DNA of 32,000 nucleotides from Scandinavium sp. (GCF_051650185.1 NZ_JBOFIN010000108.1:29889-61888); one strand, 5' to 3'. Positions 6,737 to 14,104 are shown, numbered from the stretch's first letter. Program-made: numbers and translations. Notes: generated by a model not told the origin, from the letters alone.

Positions 6737-7062
6737 GCTGCTGCTCCTTCTGTGCTGCGAAACCACACACAAACCGGACCATCATCCGTATCGTAGATGG
6801 CTGCGATAAACCAGCCTTCACCTGATGGCGGCTCTGGTTGCCAGGCTGCAAATGAGCCTGTTTCATACCACTCATCCAGCGCTGGGCTTGGCTCATGCAG
6901 GTCCATTGCAGTAATTTCAAATTCAAGCCCGTTTGCACCCACCCACTGATGGAAGTCATACGAAGGAACAAACTCACGTTCGCCACACAGTGAATCAAAT
7001 GCTGGATGACACCATTGGCCCATATCGCCGCGCTCTACTGGTAATGCTGTGATTTTGCTCAT
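6733..7062 (-). CDS. Hypothetical protein (109 aa)
   Basis: ORF coupled by overlaps to both neighbours. Confidence 0.55.
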   Translation of the reverse strand: MSKITALPVERGDMGQWCHPAFDSLCGEREFVPSYDFHQWVGANGLEFEITAMDLHEPSPALDEWYETGSFAAWQPEPPSGEGWFIAAIYDTDDGPVCVWFRSTEGAAA

Positions 7063-7343
7063 GCTGTACGCTCCTGTTGACGGTTAGAGCGGCATATCAG
7101 CGCCCAAAAATTCATATCGCAAATCAGTGCTACGCGCATTTCAGCCGTAAAGCGGCACCCTAGCTTATTTGACTTACCGACTGACCGCCGACGCTTGCGC
7201 ATAATCTTGCGTACGTGCGCCGCCTGCACTTCTGCCTGCCGCTGCTTTGAGGCATAAACACCCTTTGGAGGTATCTTCCGGGCCTGTTTTTGATAAGCGG
7301 TTAACAGGTCATGAACGTCTGTAGATTTGGTTAACTTGCTCAT
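7059..7343 (-). CDS. Hypothetical basic protein (94 aa)
   Basis: ORF with ATGA-type overlaps at both ends. Lys/Arg-rich centre (RKIMRKRRRSVGK). Confidence 0.5.
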   Translation of the reverse strand: MSKLTKSTDVHDLLTAYQKQARKIPPKGVYASKQRQAEVQAAHVRKIMRKRRRSVGKSNKLGCRFTAEMRVALICDMNFWALICRSNRQQERTA

Positions 7344-7819
7344 TCTGCTTTCTCCACGCGCAGCTGCTGTGCGAACTCACGCAACTTGAGCGCAATGACG
7401 CGTGTGCTGGCGACCGTGTCGATTGCTTCCAGTTCCTGCGCAGCTTGTTCCACACCCTGCGCCCGCTGTTCTGCGAGGAAGCGATCGGTTGCTGGGGTTT
7501 CAACATCTAGAACAAACTGGAATTCGTGAAGTGTCTGGCCATCAACAAAATCCCCGATTGTCGGATCGATGAGTTTGTTTAATTTCGCGTAAACCGCACA
7601 TGCCTCCCCGAGTAGCTCGCGGCCCTTAGACTTCAGCCCCGCATTCTCCTCTGCCAACTGTTTACCCAGTCCTGTCAGGGCTAGCACCGCTTCTGGGCTT
7701 GCTTCGTCCTGCCACTTATCAGACGTGTCGCAAACTTCACGACACATGATTTCTTCGTGTGCTGCTTCTTCCAGTTTCGCTACGTTCGGATACGCAGCTG
7801 TGATTTGTTCGATTGTCAT
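7340..7819 (-). CDS. Hypothetical protein (159 aa)
   Basis: I prefer the ATG at 7819 ([11 protein letters not shown]), which overlaps the upstream stop as ATGA. Confidence 0.55.
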   Translation of the reverse strand: MTIEQITAAYPNVAKLEEAAHEEIMCREVCDTSDKWQDEASPEAVLALTGLGKQLAEENAGLKSKGRELLGEACAVYAKLNKLIDPTIGDFVDGQTLHEFQFVLDVETPATDRFLAEQRAQGVEQAAQELEAIDTVASTRVIALKLREFAQQLRVEKAE

Positions 7820-8238
7820 ACTGTCTCCCACGGATACTGATAATCACCATTAGCAAAAACCATGTTGATGCGATGTGGCACCTGCATTGCTATGTCTGGG
7901 TGCATATCCCTGAAGTGCACGCAGTGAAGCTTATGCAACCACTCATGCGCATCCGCCGCCCGACCCCATAGCGTCATTCCTGCAAGTTGAATGATTTCGT
8001 TAACTGAACAAATATCAACGCGTGAATGACTACCCGTCATACGCTCATGCATTTCCCTGGTGGCCTTTATGAAAAGAGTGGCTTTCATTGGGTCATCCAG
8101 GTCGATATACGGGAACTCAATCACATCAAAAAGGTTCGTCTTTTTGGCGTGCATCCTGACAACAGTTGGGAGCGTCTCAGTAGCCTTAACGCCGAATACT
8201 GCCCCCATTACTCGTTGAATCGCTTTCGTGGCGATCAT
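7816..8238 (-). CDS. Hypothetical protein (140 aa) containing an HExxH motif
   Basis: I prefer the ATG at 8238 ([10 protein letters not shown]), which overlaps the helicase stop as ATGA. It contains [15 protein letters not shown]. Confidence 0.55.
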   Translation of the reverse strand: MIATKAIQRVMGAVFGVKATETLPTVVRMHAKKTNLFDVIEFPYIDLDDPMKATLFIKATREMHERMTGSHSRVDICSVNEIIQLAGMTLWGRAADAHEWLHKLHCVHFRDMHPDIAMQVPHRINMVFANGDYQYPWETV

Positions 8239-9602
8239 ACGTTGGCTCCTTTCGCGTAACGCTTCTGCGGTGCTGATTTGGTGGATGATGCCTGGCGTGC
8301 TTCTTCCTGGTCGCAATCATGGAAATGACCATTGATGAAACGTTGATAGACAGTGCCAAGAGATCCAAAGCGGTTTTTGGTAACGATAATTTCTGCGTAC
8401 TTCGCCGCCGGGCTGTTCTCGTCGTACACCGCATCGCGATAGAGCATGATGATGCTGTCCGCGTCCTGCTCGATGCTTCCGGAATCACGGAGGTCTGCGT
8501 TCGTAGGGCGCTTGTTAGGGCGTTTCTCAACATCACGTGAAAGTTGGCTCAGAGAGATAACCGGGGTTTTCAGGTCTTTTGCCATCGCCTTCAGGCTCCC
8601 TGAGATATGAGCTATAGCAAGGTCGTTACGGTCTGCCTTTGGCTTATCAATCAGGCCAAGGTAATCGACAAGAATAAGAGACAGCGCCGGGCTTTCCTGC
8701 TTCTGCCGTTCTGCCACGCTCCTGATTTGCTCAACAGTGAGTTTTGAAGCATCAACCATCCACACGTCGAGTCCTGCGAGATGGCATATCCCATCAGCTA
8801 CCCGCGCCCAACCCTCGTTATCCATTTTTGCCGGGTTACGCAGAACGCTCACCGACATATTCCCGCGGCCGGCAATGCTGCGTTCAGCAATCTGAAGCTT
8901 GCTCATTTCCATGCTGAAAATCAGTACGCCTCGCATCACATCCGATCCTGGCATACGGCGACTAGCCACACCCTCAGCAACCTTGAGTGCGAGTTCCGTT
9001 TTGCCCATTCCAGGCCGCGCGGCGATGATCACCAGGTCTTCCGCGTTCATTCCTCCAGTAATCGCATCAAGTTCATCGATACCGGTTTTCAACGTGTCAG
9101 ATTCATCACCATTGCGCAGGCGGTTTTCCAGTGTCTCTGCGTAGTCGTTCAGTACATCACCGAGGCGTACCGGGATAATTTCACTTTTTGGCTTACGGAT
9201 AATCCCAAGACGGCGAATCAGTTCGTCCATGGCTTCACCAGAGGCAACCAGCGTCCCGTCACTCACCAGCCCTCGCATATCATCGATGGCAGTCAGGAAT
9301 TTGCGCTTCTGATGTTGTTCAGCGAGCATTTCAGCGTAACCCTGAAGGTTGGCTGCACTCGGGCATGAACGGGCTGTCATCATGACGTCTGTCGCATGTT
9401 CGTCACCGCACTCTTCGGCCACCATCAGAGCGTCAATCAGGTTGCGGGTTCTTGCCTGCTTGCGAATAACCTCAAAGGCTTTCCGGTAGATCGGGATGGC
9501 GAATGCTTCCGCCTCCATCCGTGCGAGAACATCACTTGCCGCCGGGGTCAGGCCGCCGAGCAACAGTCCGCCGATCACGCTTGCTTCGATATCCTGTCTC
9601 AT
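8235..9602 (-). CDS. Replicative DNA helicase, DnaB family (P22 gp12-like)
   Basis: 455 aa. Walker A is [13 protein letters not shown]. It also has the DnaB-type motifs [20 protein letters not shown] and [11 protein letters not shown]. Confidence 0.92.
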   Translation of the reverse strand: MRQDIEASVIGGLLLGGLTPAASDVLARMEAEAFAIPIYRKAFEVIRKQARTRNLIDALMVAEECGDEHATDVMMTARSCPSAANLQGYAEMLAEQHQKRKFLTAIDDMRGLVSDGTLVASGEAMDELIRRLGIIRKPKSEIIPVRLGDVLNDYAETLENRLRNGDESDTLKTGIDELDAITGGMNAEDLVIIAARPGMGKTELALKVAEGVASRRMPGSDVMRGVLIFSMEMSKLQIAERSIAGRGNMSVSVLRNPAKMDNEGWARVADGICHLAGLDVWMVDASKLTVEQIRSVAERQKQESPALSLILVDYLGLIDKPKADRNDLAIAHISGSLKAMAKDLKTPVISLSQLSRDVEKRPNKRPTNADLRDSGSIEQDADSIIMLYRDAVYDENSPAAKYAEIIVTKNRFGSLGTVYQRFINGHFHDCDQEEARQASSTKSAPQKRYAKGANV

Positions 9603-10504
9603 AGCGTTCCCTCGCGGATAGCGACCAGCACTTTCGGTCGCAGCAGGTAATCAAAACTGGCAACCCAGTCACGGTCGTTGTCGCCGAAGTGAAAAGGTCT
9701 GGCAGCAGCCATGAATGCTTTCACGTATGCCCGAAAGCCGTCGATGTTTTTGGTTGCCAGTGAGTTAATCAGCTTGCTGAGCTTACGCTTGCGTTCTTCG
9801 TTGACCTCAACAGCGTGAGGTAGTCGGTCACCGACAATCTCGTTGTAGGCATCAAGATACTCGCCGTAGTTGATTCGGACAGGTTTTCGCTTTTCAGGTT
9901 TACCCGGTTCGCGGTCATCTTCAGATGACTGTGTGTTTTTATTATTTATATTCTTGTTAATACCTTCTTGTTCATGATGCGCGGCTTTATGCTCGGGGTT
10001 ATGCGCGGGTGCATAGCTCAAGACCGCATCATTACTGGGTTCGTTATGCGCGGTGCTATGCGCGGACTTATGCGCGGGTAAATCGTCGTTTTTTTGAGCA
10101 TATTCGGCATAATTTAAGATGGTGATAACAGTCCCTTTTCGTCTTTCTGCATGGACGGAGATCATCCCTTCTTTCTCGAATACGGCTAACATCCTTTCGA
10201 CCGAGTGACGGCTTGTAGGCTCACCATTTCTGTCACAGAGAAGCAGCCCTAAATCTGCCGAGGTGGTTACCAGTTGCCCGGCATCCAGAGTCCATGAATG
10301 TCCTTTGAAGTTGGCGGTATATGGCTTTCTGGCGGCATTCAGGAGAAGGTTTTCCCAAAGTGTGCGCAGGTAGACATCTTTCGCCCATGGCTGCTTCAGA
10401 ATGCTTCGGTACAACGGGACATAACCGGTCTTCTGGTTCTCCATCCTGTTGCTCCTGCGCTGATGTGCAGCGCTGAAATCGTAGACTGTTGCTGTACTGT
10501 TCAT
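9599..10504 (-). CDS. Replication initiation protein (O / P22 gp18 functional analogue) containing the origin
   Basis: 301 aa. It sits upstream of, and is coupled to, the helicase. It has an N-terminal winged-helix-like region, a His/Ala-rich iteron-encoded linker, and a C-terminal 'conserved phage C-terminus'-like region ([28 protein letters not shown]). The start could instead be the ATG at 10444, which has GGAG upstream. Confidence 0.75.
   Translation of the reverse strand: MNSTATVYDFSAAHQRRSNRMENQKTGYVPLYRSILKQPWAKDVYLRTLWENLLLNAARKPYTANFKGHSWTLDAGQLVTTSADLGLLLCDRNGEPTSRHSVERMLAVFEKEGMISVHAERRKGTVITILNYAEYAQKNDDLPAHKSAHSTAHNEPSNDAVLSYAPAHNPEHKAAHHEQEGINKNINNKNTQSSEDDREPGKPEKRKPVRINYGEYLDAYNEIVGDRLPHAVEVNEERKRKLSKLINSLATKNIDGFRAYVKAFMAAARPFHFGDNDRDWVASFDYLLRPKVLVAIREGTL
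9977..10077. repeat. ori iterons: six copies of ATGCGCGG-type repeats in two phased triplets, next to an AT-rich tract (about 9933-9972)
   Basis: ATGCGCGG occurs at 9977, 10001, 10046, 10058 and 10070. A degenerate copy, ATGCTCGG, starts at 9989. Copies are spaced 12 bp within each triplet and the triplets are 45 bp apart. The adjacent tract reads GTGTTTTTATTATTTATATTCTTGTTAATACC. Confidence 0.75.
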
Positions 10505-10506
10505 CG

Positions 10507-10779
10507 CTACCTGCCCTGACGAAAAATGGCTAAAACAGAATTGAATTGATCCACCGACAAATCCTCTTTCAGCAGCCTTTCCAGAAAGGAATTCGGGATA
10601 AAAGTAAACCCCTCTTCTTTCGGCAGCGATGGCAATAAAGCCCGAGCCTCCGCTTTAAGAAGTTCTGTTCTGGCTACTGAAGCGAACCGGATGCAGGTTC
10701 GTTCGTCTATGGAATTCAGGAAGCGTGAACGCTTGACATCTTTGTGTGTTTCAGGTGGTACAAAACCTTTGTTTCGCAT
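10507..10779 (-). CDS. Hypothetical protein between cII and the initiator (90 aa)
   Basis: I prefer the ATG at 10779 (MRNKGFVPPE), with AGGTGA 5 nt upstream. The track start at 10788 is a GTG. Confidence 0.5.
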   Translation of the reverse strand: MRNKGFVPPETHKDVKRSRFLNSIDERTCIRFASVARTELLKAEARALLPSLPKEEGFTFIPNSFLERLLKEDLSVDQFNSVLAIFRQGR

Positions 10780-10790
10780 ATAATTCACCT

Positions 10791-10858
10791 AGTTGAATGC
10801 AGTTAAAAATCCATCCGGATTTGGTCTGATCGCTCGGTTGCCGCCGGGCGATTTTTCT
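10791..10858 (+). ncRNA. oop: OOP-like antisense RNA overlapping the cII 3' end (approximate ends)
   Basis: A perfect TATAAT lies at 10779-10784 on the plus strand. A strong terminator, ATCGCTCGG-TTGCCG-CCGGGCGAT followed by TTTTCTTT, lies at 10829-10860 inside cII codons. Size and position match lambda OOP. Confidence 0.6.
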
Positions 10859-11102
10859 TTGTGAGAACTGCGGCTACTTCCTTCGCAAGACGCGCCATGT
10901 CATCGTCGACAACGCCCCACTCCAGAACAGCCAGAAGCATTGCTATCTTCGGCAGCCAGCTTTCCTTCCAGCGCGTGACCTGCGATTTATCAACGCCTAA
11001 CTCTTTTGCTACGTTTGAGCCGCCAATGATTGCGATCCTGTTCAGGAGCCATGATTCGATTCGTCGTGCCTCCTGCTTATTGCGGGCTGTTGTACTAGCC
11101 AT
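10803..11102 (-). CDS. cII: CII transcriptional activator
   Basis: 99 aa, near-colinear with lambda CII. Shared segments are RIESxLLNxIA, GVDKSQxxRWK, LLAVLEWGVVDDDMARLA and RPAATERSxQIxMxF. Confidence 0.95.
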   Translation of the reverse strand: MASTTARNKQEARRIESWLLNRIAIIGGSNVAKELGVDKSQVTRWKESWLPKIAMLLAVLEWGVVDDDMARLAKEVAAVLTKKNRPAATERSDQIRMDF

Positions 11103-11112
11103 ATGAGATATT
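11080..11112 (+). promoter_or_regulatory. PRE-like CII-dependent promoter (TTGC-N6-TTGT box plus -10) reading toward cI
   Basis: TTGCGGGCTGTTGTACTAGCCATATGAGATATTCC aligns with my memory of lambda PRE, TTGCGTTTGTTTGCACGAACCATATGTAAGTATTTCC. It overlaps the cII start codon. Confidence 0.6.
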
Positions 11113-11189
11113 CCTTTATGAAAATTAAATATTTAGATGGACCTTGCGCAATAAGGCGCAAAGCCTGATTTGACTTTTTTAGTTGGGGT

Positions 11190-11203
11190 GCGCTTTTCAG
11201 CGC
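11190..11203 (-). promoter_or_regulatory. nutR boxB hairpin
   Basis: Minus strand reads GCGCT-GAAA-AGCGC, preceded by CAATCGA. It lies between cro and cII and is homologous to the nutL copy. Confidence 0.7.
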
Positions 11204-11224
11204 TCGATTGGAATGTGGTAGTGC

Positions 11225-11443
11225 TTATGCGGCTTGGTTGCCAGATGGCGGGAAAACATCATCAAAGGTACATTGGCACCCAAGTTTTTCTAACCCGGCA
11301 ACAATCAAACGACAATCAGCCAGGCTCGGTGTTCTGTAGTTCAGCTCATAGTTGGCAATCCGTGACTGCCCCCATCCAATAACTGAAGCAAATGCAGCTT
11401 GCGATACACCTGCCTTTTTTCGCAGCTGTGCAATGTTGTTCAT
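11225..11443 (-). CDS. cro: Cro-like HTH repressor
   Basis: 72 aa. XRE-type HTH (SQAAFASVIGWGQSRIANYE). First gene downstream of PR, divergent from cI. AAGGAG RBS. Confidence 0.85.
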   Translation of the reverse strand: MNNIAQLRKKAGVSQAAFASVIGWGQSRIANYELNYRTPSLADCRLIVAGLEKLGCQCTFDDVFPPSGNQAA

Positions 11444-11472
11444 CGCGATCTCCTTTAGGTCACGTCAAAATG

Positions 11473-11542
11473 ATTATTCACAATATGTGATTAAGTGTCA
11501 ATTACAAATCGTGTAAATACTGCAATCACATTGCGTGATAAT
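11473..11542. promoter_or_regulatory. OR region: three 13-bp operators plus PR and PRM
   Basis: The operators are TCACAATATGTGA (11478-11490), TACAAATCGTGTA (11503-11515) and TCACATTGCGTGA (11526-11538). PR on the minus strand is TTGACA (11496-11501), 17 nt, AATAAT (11473-11478). The PRM candidate -10 is GATAAT at 11537-11542, which would start transcription essentially at the cI ATG, giving a leaderless mRNA as in lambda. Confidence 0.75.
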
Positions 11543-11551
11543 ATTAACGGT

Positions 11552-12202
11552 ATGAAAACTATGCATGAAATTATCGGCGAGCGGATTAAGTCCCTGCGAG
11601 AAGAAAAGGGCTATAGCCAGGCTCAGTTAGCAAAGCTTTGTGGCTGGGCGGCACCGTCACGCCTTGGAAACTATGAGCTTGGGACCAGGAAGGTAAGCGC
11701 AGATGATGCGGTGATACTTGGTGAGGTTCTTGGCGTTTCGCCGTCGCTGATTCTATTTGGTGACGAAGTCGGCCCTGTCTACAAAAAGTACGAATATCCA
11801 CTCTTCTCCCATGTTCAGGCTGGCATGTTTTCAACAGAGTTCGGCACATTTACTGACCGTGATGATGCTGACGTTTGGGTGAGTACAACCAAGAAGTCCA
11901 GCTATCAATCCTTTTGGCTTGAGGTTGATGGCAACTCAATGACAGCACCGGCGGGTTCCAAGCCTAGCTTCCCGGAAGGGATGTTGATTTTGGTTGACCC
12001 AGATCAGCCGGTTGATCCAGGTGATTTCTGCATTGCGCGTCTGGGTGGTGATGAGTTCACGTTCAAGAAGCTGATACGTGATGGCGGCATGAGCTATTTA
12101 CAGCCGCTGAACCCCCAGTTTGGTCTGATACCGTGCAATGAGCATTGCCGGATTGTAGGTAAGGTTGTCGCCTCACAGTGGCCTGACGAGACGTTTGGGT
12201 GA
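11552..12202 (+). CDS. cI: CI repressor (HTH plus S24 LexA-like autopeptidase)
   Basis: 216 aa from the ATG at 11552. N-terminal HTH is [12 protein letters not shown]. An Ala-Gly cleavage site sits in VQAGMF. The Ser nucleophile is in DGNSMTAP and the Lys in FTFKKL. It is colinear with P22 C2. Confidence 0.92.
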   Translation: MKTMHEIIGERIKSLREEKGYSQAQLAKLCGWAAPSRLGNYELGTRKVSADDAVILGEVLGVSPSLILFGDEVGPVYKKYEYPLFSHVQAGMFSTEFGTFTDRDDADVWVSTTKKSSYQSFWLEVDGNSMTAPAGSKPSFPEGMLILVDPDQPVDPGDFCIARLGGDEFTFKKLIRDGGMSYLQPLNPQFGLIPCNEHCRIVGKVVASQWPDETFG

Positions 12203-12323
12203 TGAGCACGGTGCTAAATCCGCCTCAAAAACCAAAGTTGGATGACTATCACGGCAAGATTGGTAAAGGACAAGCCGAGAGCAACCCAAGTTAAAACACT
12301 TACGCTCTCCATTCGGAAACCTC

Positions 12324-12731
12324 ATGACGATTGACAGATTTCTTGCAATTATAGCAACAACGGTATCATTTATTGCAATTCCAGCAAGTGGATTCATAAG
12401 CTACAGATACGCAATTTTAGGGGAGCGCCGTAAGGAATTTAACGCCGTCGCTGATAATGTTCGCCATAAGTTACGTGAGCACCAAAGGCATATGGAGCAA
12501 AATATTTACCCATCTGGTGCGTATATAGAGTTATCACAGAAGGATTTTGACACCCTGGCAGATGTAGCATATGAAAGGGACCGAAAAACGATCCGCGCGT
12601 TGTGCGATAAATATCAAAAAGCCCTCCACTCCAGCGTAACCGTTGATGAGCATGGAGACTATGACATTTTAGGGTTTGATGAGGCCCAGGGATTACTCGC
12701 AGAACTAATGCCCCTCATAGAAAGAAAATAA
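12324..12731 (+). CDS. Hypothetical single-pass membrane protein in the rexAB position (135 aa)
   Basis: It lies downstream of and co-oriented with cI, and is followed by a terminator. The N-terminal TM segment is FLAIIATTVSFIAIPASGFISY and the rest looks helical and charged. GC is lower than in cI. Confidence 0.6.
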   Translation: MTIDRFLAIIATTVSFIAIPASGFISYRYAILGERRKEFNAVADNVRHKLREHQRHMEQNIYPSGAYIELSQKDFDTLADVAYERDRKTIRALCDKYQKALHSSVTVDEHGDYDILGFDEAQGLLAELMPLIERK

Positions 12732-12754
12732 CCCGGCCACCGCGCCGGGTTTTT
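12731..12754. terminator. Bidirectional rho-independent terminator
   Basis: ACCCGGC-CACCGC-GCCGGGT is followed by TTTT on the plus strand and preceded by AAAATA, which gives a T-rich run on the minus strand. It sits between two convergent stop codons. Confidence 0.8.
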
Positions 12755-12965
12755 ACTGCCCTTTCCTCACCATCTCAGCAGCGTCGCGCAACAAGCCTTT
12801 GTGAATGGTGTTGCCCACAGCCTTGCGCTTGCCTTCCAGAAAACCAACGATGTTATCCCGGTTAATCTCGATGCCATTGTAGATTAGCTCAAGTACCACC
12901 CCGCCAACTTCGCCAGCGATGAAAGCCACGCGATCTTCCTTCAGTTCGTCGATTTCTTCTTTCAT
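12753..12965 (-). CDS. Hypothetical 70-aa protein, convergent with the cI operon
   Basis: I prefer the ATG at 12965 (MKEEIDELKEDRVAFIAGEVGG), with GAGGA 7 nt upstream. The 132-aa track ORF adds an implausible AT-rich, Cys/Phe-rich N-terminus that covers the OL operators. Confidence 0.55.
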   Translation of the reverse strand: MKEEIDELKEDRVAFIAGEVGGVVLELIYNGIEINRDNIVGFLEGKRKAVGNTIHKGLLRDAAEMVRKGQ

Positions 12966-13037
12966 ATCCGCGTCCTCATTGATTTTTTTTATGAGCATAT
13001 CACGGAAGCAATAAAAATAAATAACCACGAAAAACAT

Positions 13038-13106
13038 ACACATAATGTGTGATAGATAAATTATACACATTTTGTGATTGACCAATGAATCACAATACGT
13101 GAATAT
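13038..13106. promoter_or_regulatory. OL region: three 13-bp operators plus PL, and a back-to-back divergent TATAAT
   Basis: The operators are ACACATAATGTGT (13038-13050), ACACATTTTGTGA (13065-13077) and TCACAATACGTGA (13090-13102), the same family as OR. PL on the plus strand is TTGACC (13078-13083), 17 nt, GAATAT (13101-13106). A minus-strand TATAAT lies at 13060-13065. Confidence 0.75.
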
Positions 13107-13155
13107 TAACTTCATCAACAGGACGCAACATTCACCAGGACGGTGATTCAATCGA

Positions 13156-13169
13156 GCACTGAAAAGTGC
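13156..13169 (+). promoter_or_regulatory. nutL boxB hairpin
   Basis: GCACT-GAAA-AGTGC preceded by CAATCGA, about 45 nt downstream of PL and upstream of N. Confidence 0.7.
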
Positions 13170-13302
13170 AACAAACCAAACGAGGTGGGTTTGGGGTATA
13201 GGCAGAAGCCAACCTCTTCGGCAGAGGCGCTTGGCAATGAGTAAGCGATCAGGGTTAGCCGCCTGACTGTCTGTACCACCAAAACCATTTCAGGAGGTCA
13301 CC

Positions 13303-13656
13303 ATGATTAAGCAGCAGAACATCAAAAGCAATGCGCGTTCTCGTCGTGATGCTCGTCGCAAAGAGAAACAGGTAGCGTTTGCAGCGGCTAACCCAATGAT
13401 GGTCGGTCGTCACTATGACGTTGACATGACTCCGGTAGAGATTGACCAACGAGCCGGATATGAACCATCCCCTATAAAGTTCATCGCTCAGGATGCTGCC
13501 TGGCAGCGTCAGGAGTACAAACGCCAGATTGAACGCGCATCAGTACTGTATACGCATGAGTTCGGACGTAAACAGGTAGAAATCGGCGGGTGTCTGTCAC
13601 AGGTTGCAATCTACGCCGCTGGGCATCGCGGGAGTAAATCGATTACGGCGCGTTAA
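13303..13656 (+). CDS. N: N-type antiterminator
   Basis: 117 aa with an AGGAGG RBS. It is the first gene after PL/nutL. The arginine-rich motif ARSRRDARRKEKQVAFAAAN aligns with lambda N residues 3-22, AQTRRRERRAEKQAQWKAAN. Confidence 0.85.
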   Translation: MIKQQNIKSNARSRRDARRKEKQVAFAAANPMMVGRHYDVDMTPVEIDQRAGYEPSPIKFIAQDAAWQRQEYKRQIERASVLYTHEFGRKQVEIGGCLSQVAIYAAGHRGSKSITAR

Positions 13657-13702
13657 GCAGCTCTTTGCGAAGGGCTGACGGTAAACAAACAGAGAGGTGA
13701 GT

Positions 13703-13933
13703 ATGGAAGATAAGTATTGCCTTGGAGGGGTTGATCTCGAATTAAGCGTGTATCGAGACATTCTTGAGATAGTAGCACCGGCAGTAATCCGCGTTGTGGA
13801 GTCATCCATTGCTGGCGGGGATGGCGATGAGCAAGTTAAGCAGAAAGCAAAGCTTGCTTGCACCGCCGTTGTTCAGGCTTTATCTGGTGTTGCTGTAGAT
13901 ATTAAAACGAAAGGAACCCCACCGATTTCTTAG
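13703..13933 (+). CDS. Hypothetical protein (76 aa)
   Basis: ATG at 13703 with GAGAGGTGA upstream. The 3' end overlaps the convergent 62-aa ORF by 32 nt. Confidence 0.45.
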   Translation: MEDKYCLGGVDLELSVYRDILEIVAPAVIRVVESSIAGGDGDEQVKQKAKLACTAVVQALSGVAVDIKTKGTPPIS

Positions 13934-14090
13934 GGCTTCCGATTTTTTCCATAAATTCTTCGTCCTGAAGAAGTTCTTCAAATTCTTTTTCATAGCGAAC
14001 AAGGTTCTGAAGATAGGACTTTGGTGAGTATTTCTGTTCTTTGGTCGCCATGTATGCGATGGCCAGTTCTTTAGCGGTGTACTCGCTCAT
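13902..14090 (-). CDS. Hypothetical 62-aa protein encoded opposite to the PL operon
   Basis: ATG at 14090 with AAGGAA upstream. The region is AT-rich. Its own promoter-like region carries phased direct repeats. Confidence 0.45.
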   Translation of the reverse strand: MSEYTAKELAIAYMATKEQKYSPKSYLQNLVRYEKEFEELLQDEEFMEKIGSPKKSVGFLSF

Positions 14091-14104
14091 TAATCATTCC
14101 TTAA

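Noticed and set aside
8186-9368. ORFs of 116 aa (minus strand, alternative frame) and 195 aa (plus strand) within the helicase gene.
   Set aside because: They overlap the DnaB-family CDS, whose motifs are unambiguous. Nothing independently supports them.
9977-10077. Possibility that the short regular repeats are a CRISPR array or a coding microsatellite.
   Set aside because: The repeats are only ~8 bp with a 12-bp period, lie inside the replication initiator gene and sit next to an AT-rich tract. That is the classic ori iteron layout.
11495-11551. GTG start at 11495 for cI (235-aa version).
   Set aside because: It would place coding sequence over the OR operators and the PR -35. The ATG at 11552 gives a 216-aa repressor of P22 C2 length and fits a leaderless PRM transcript.
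12966-13151. N-terminal extension of the 12753..13151 ORF (132-aa version).
   Set aside because: The extension is translated from the AT-rich OL/PL control region (MNHRPGECCVLLMKLIFTYCDSLVNHKMCIIYLSHIMCMFFVVIYFYCF). It has no RBS and would place coding sequence over all three operators. The internal ATG at 12965 has a good RBS.
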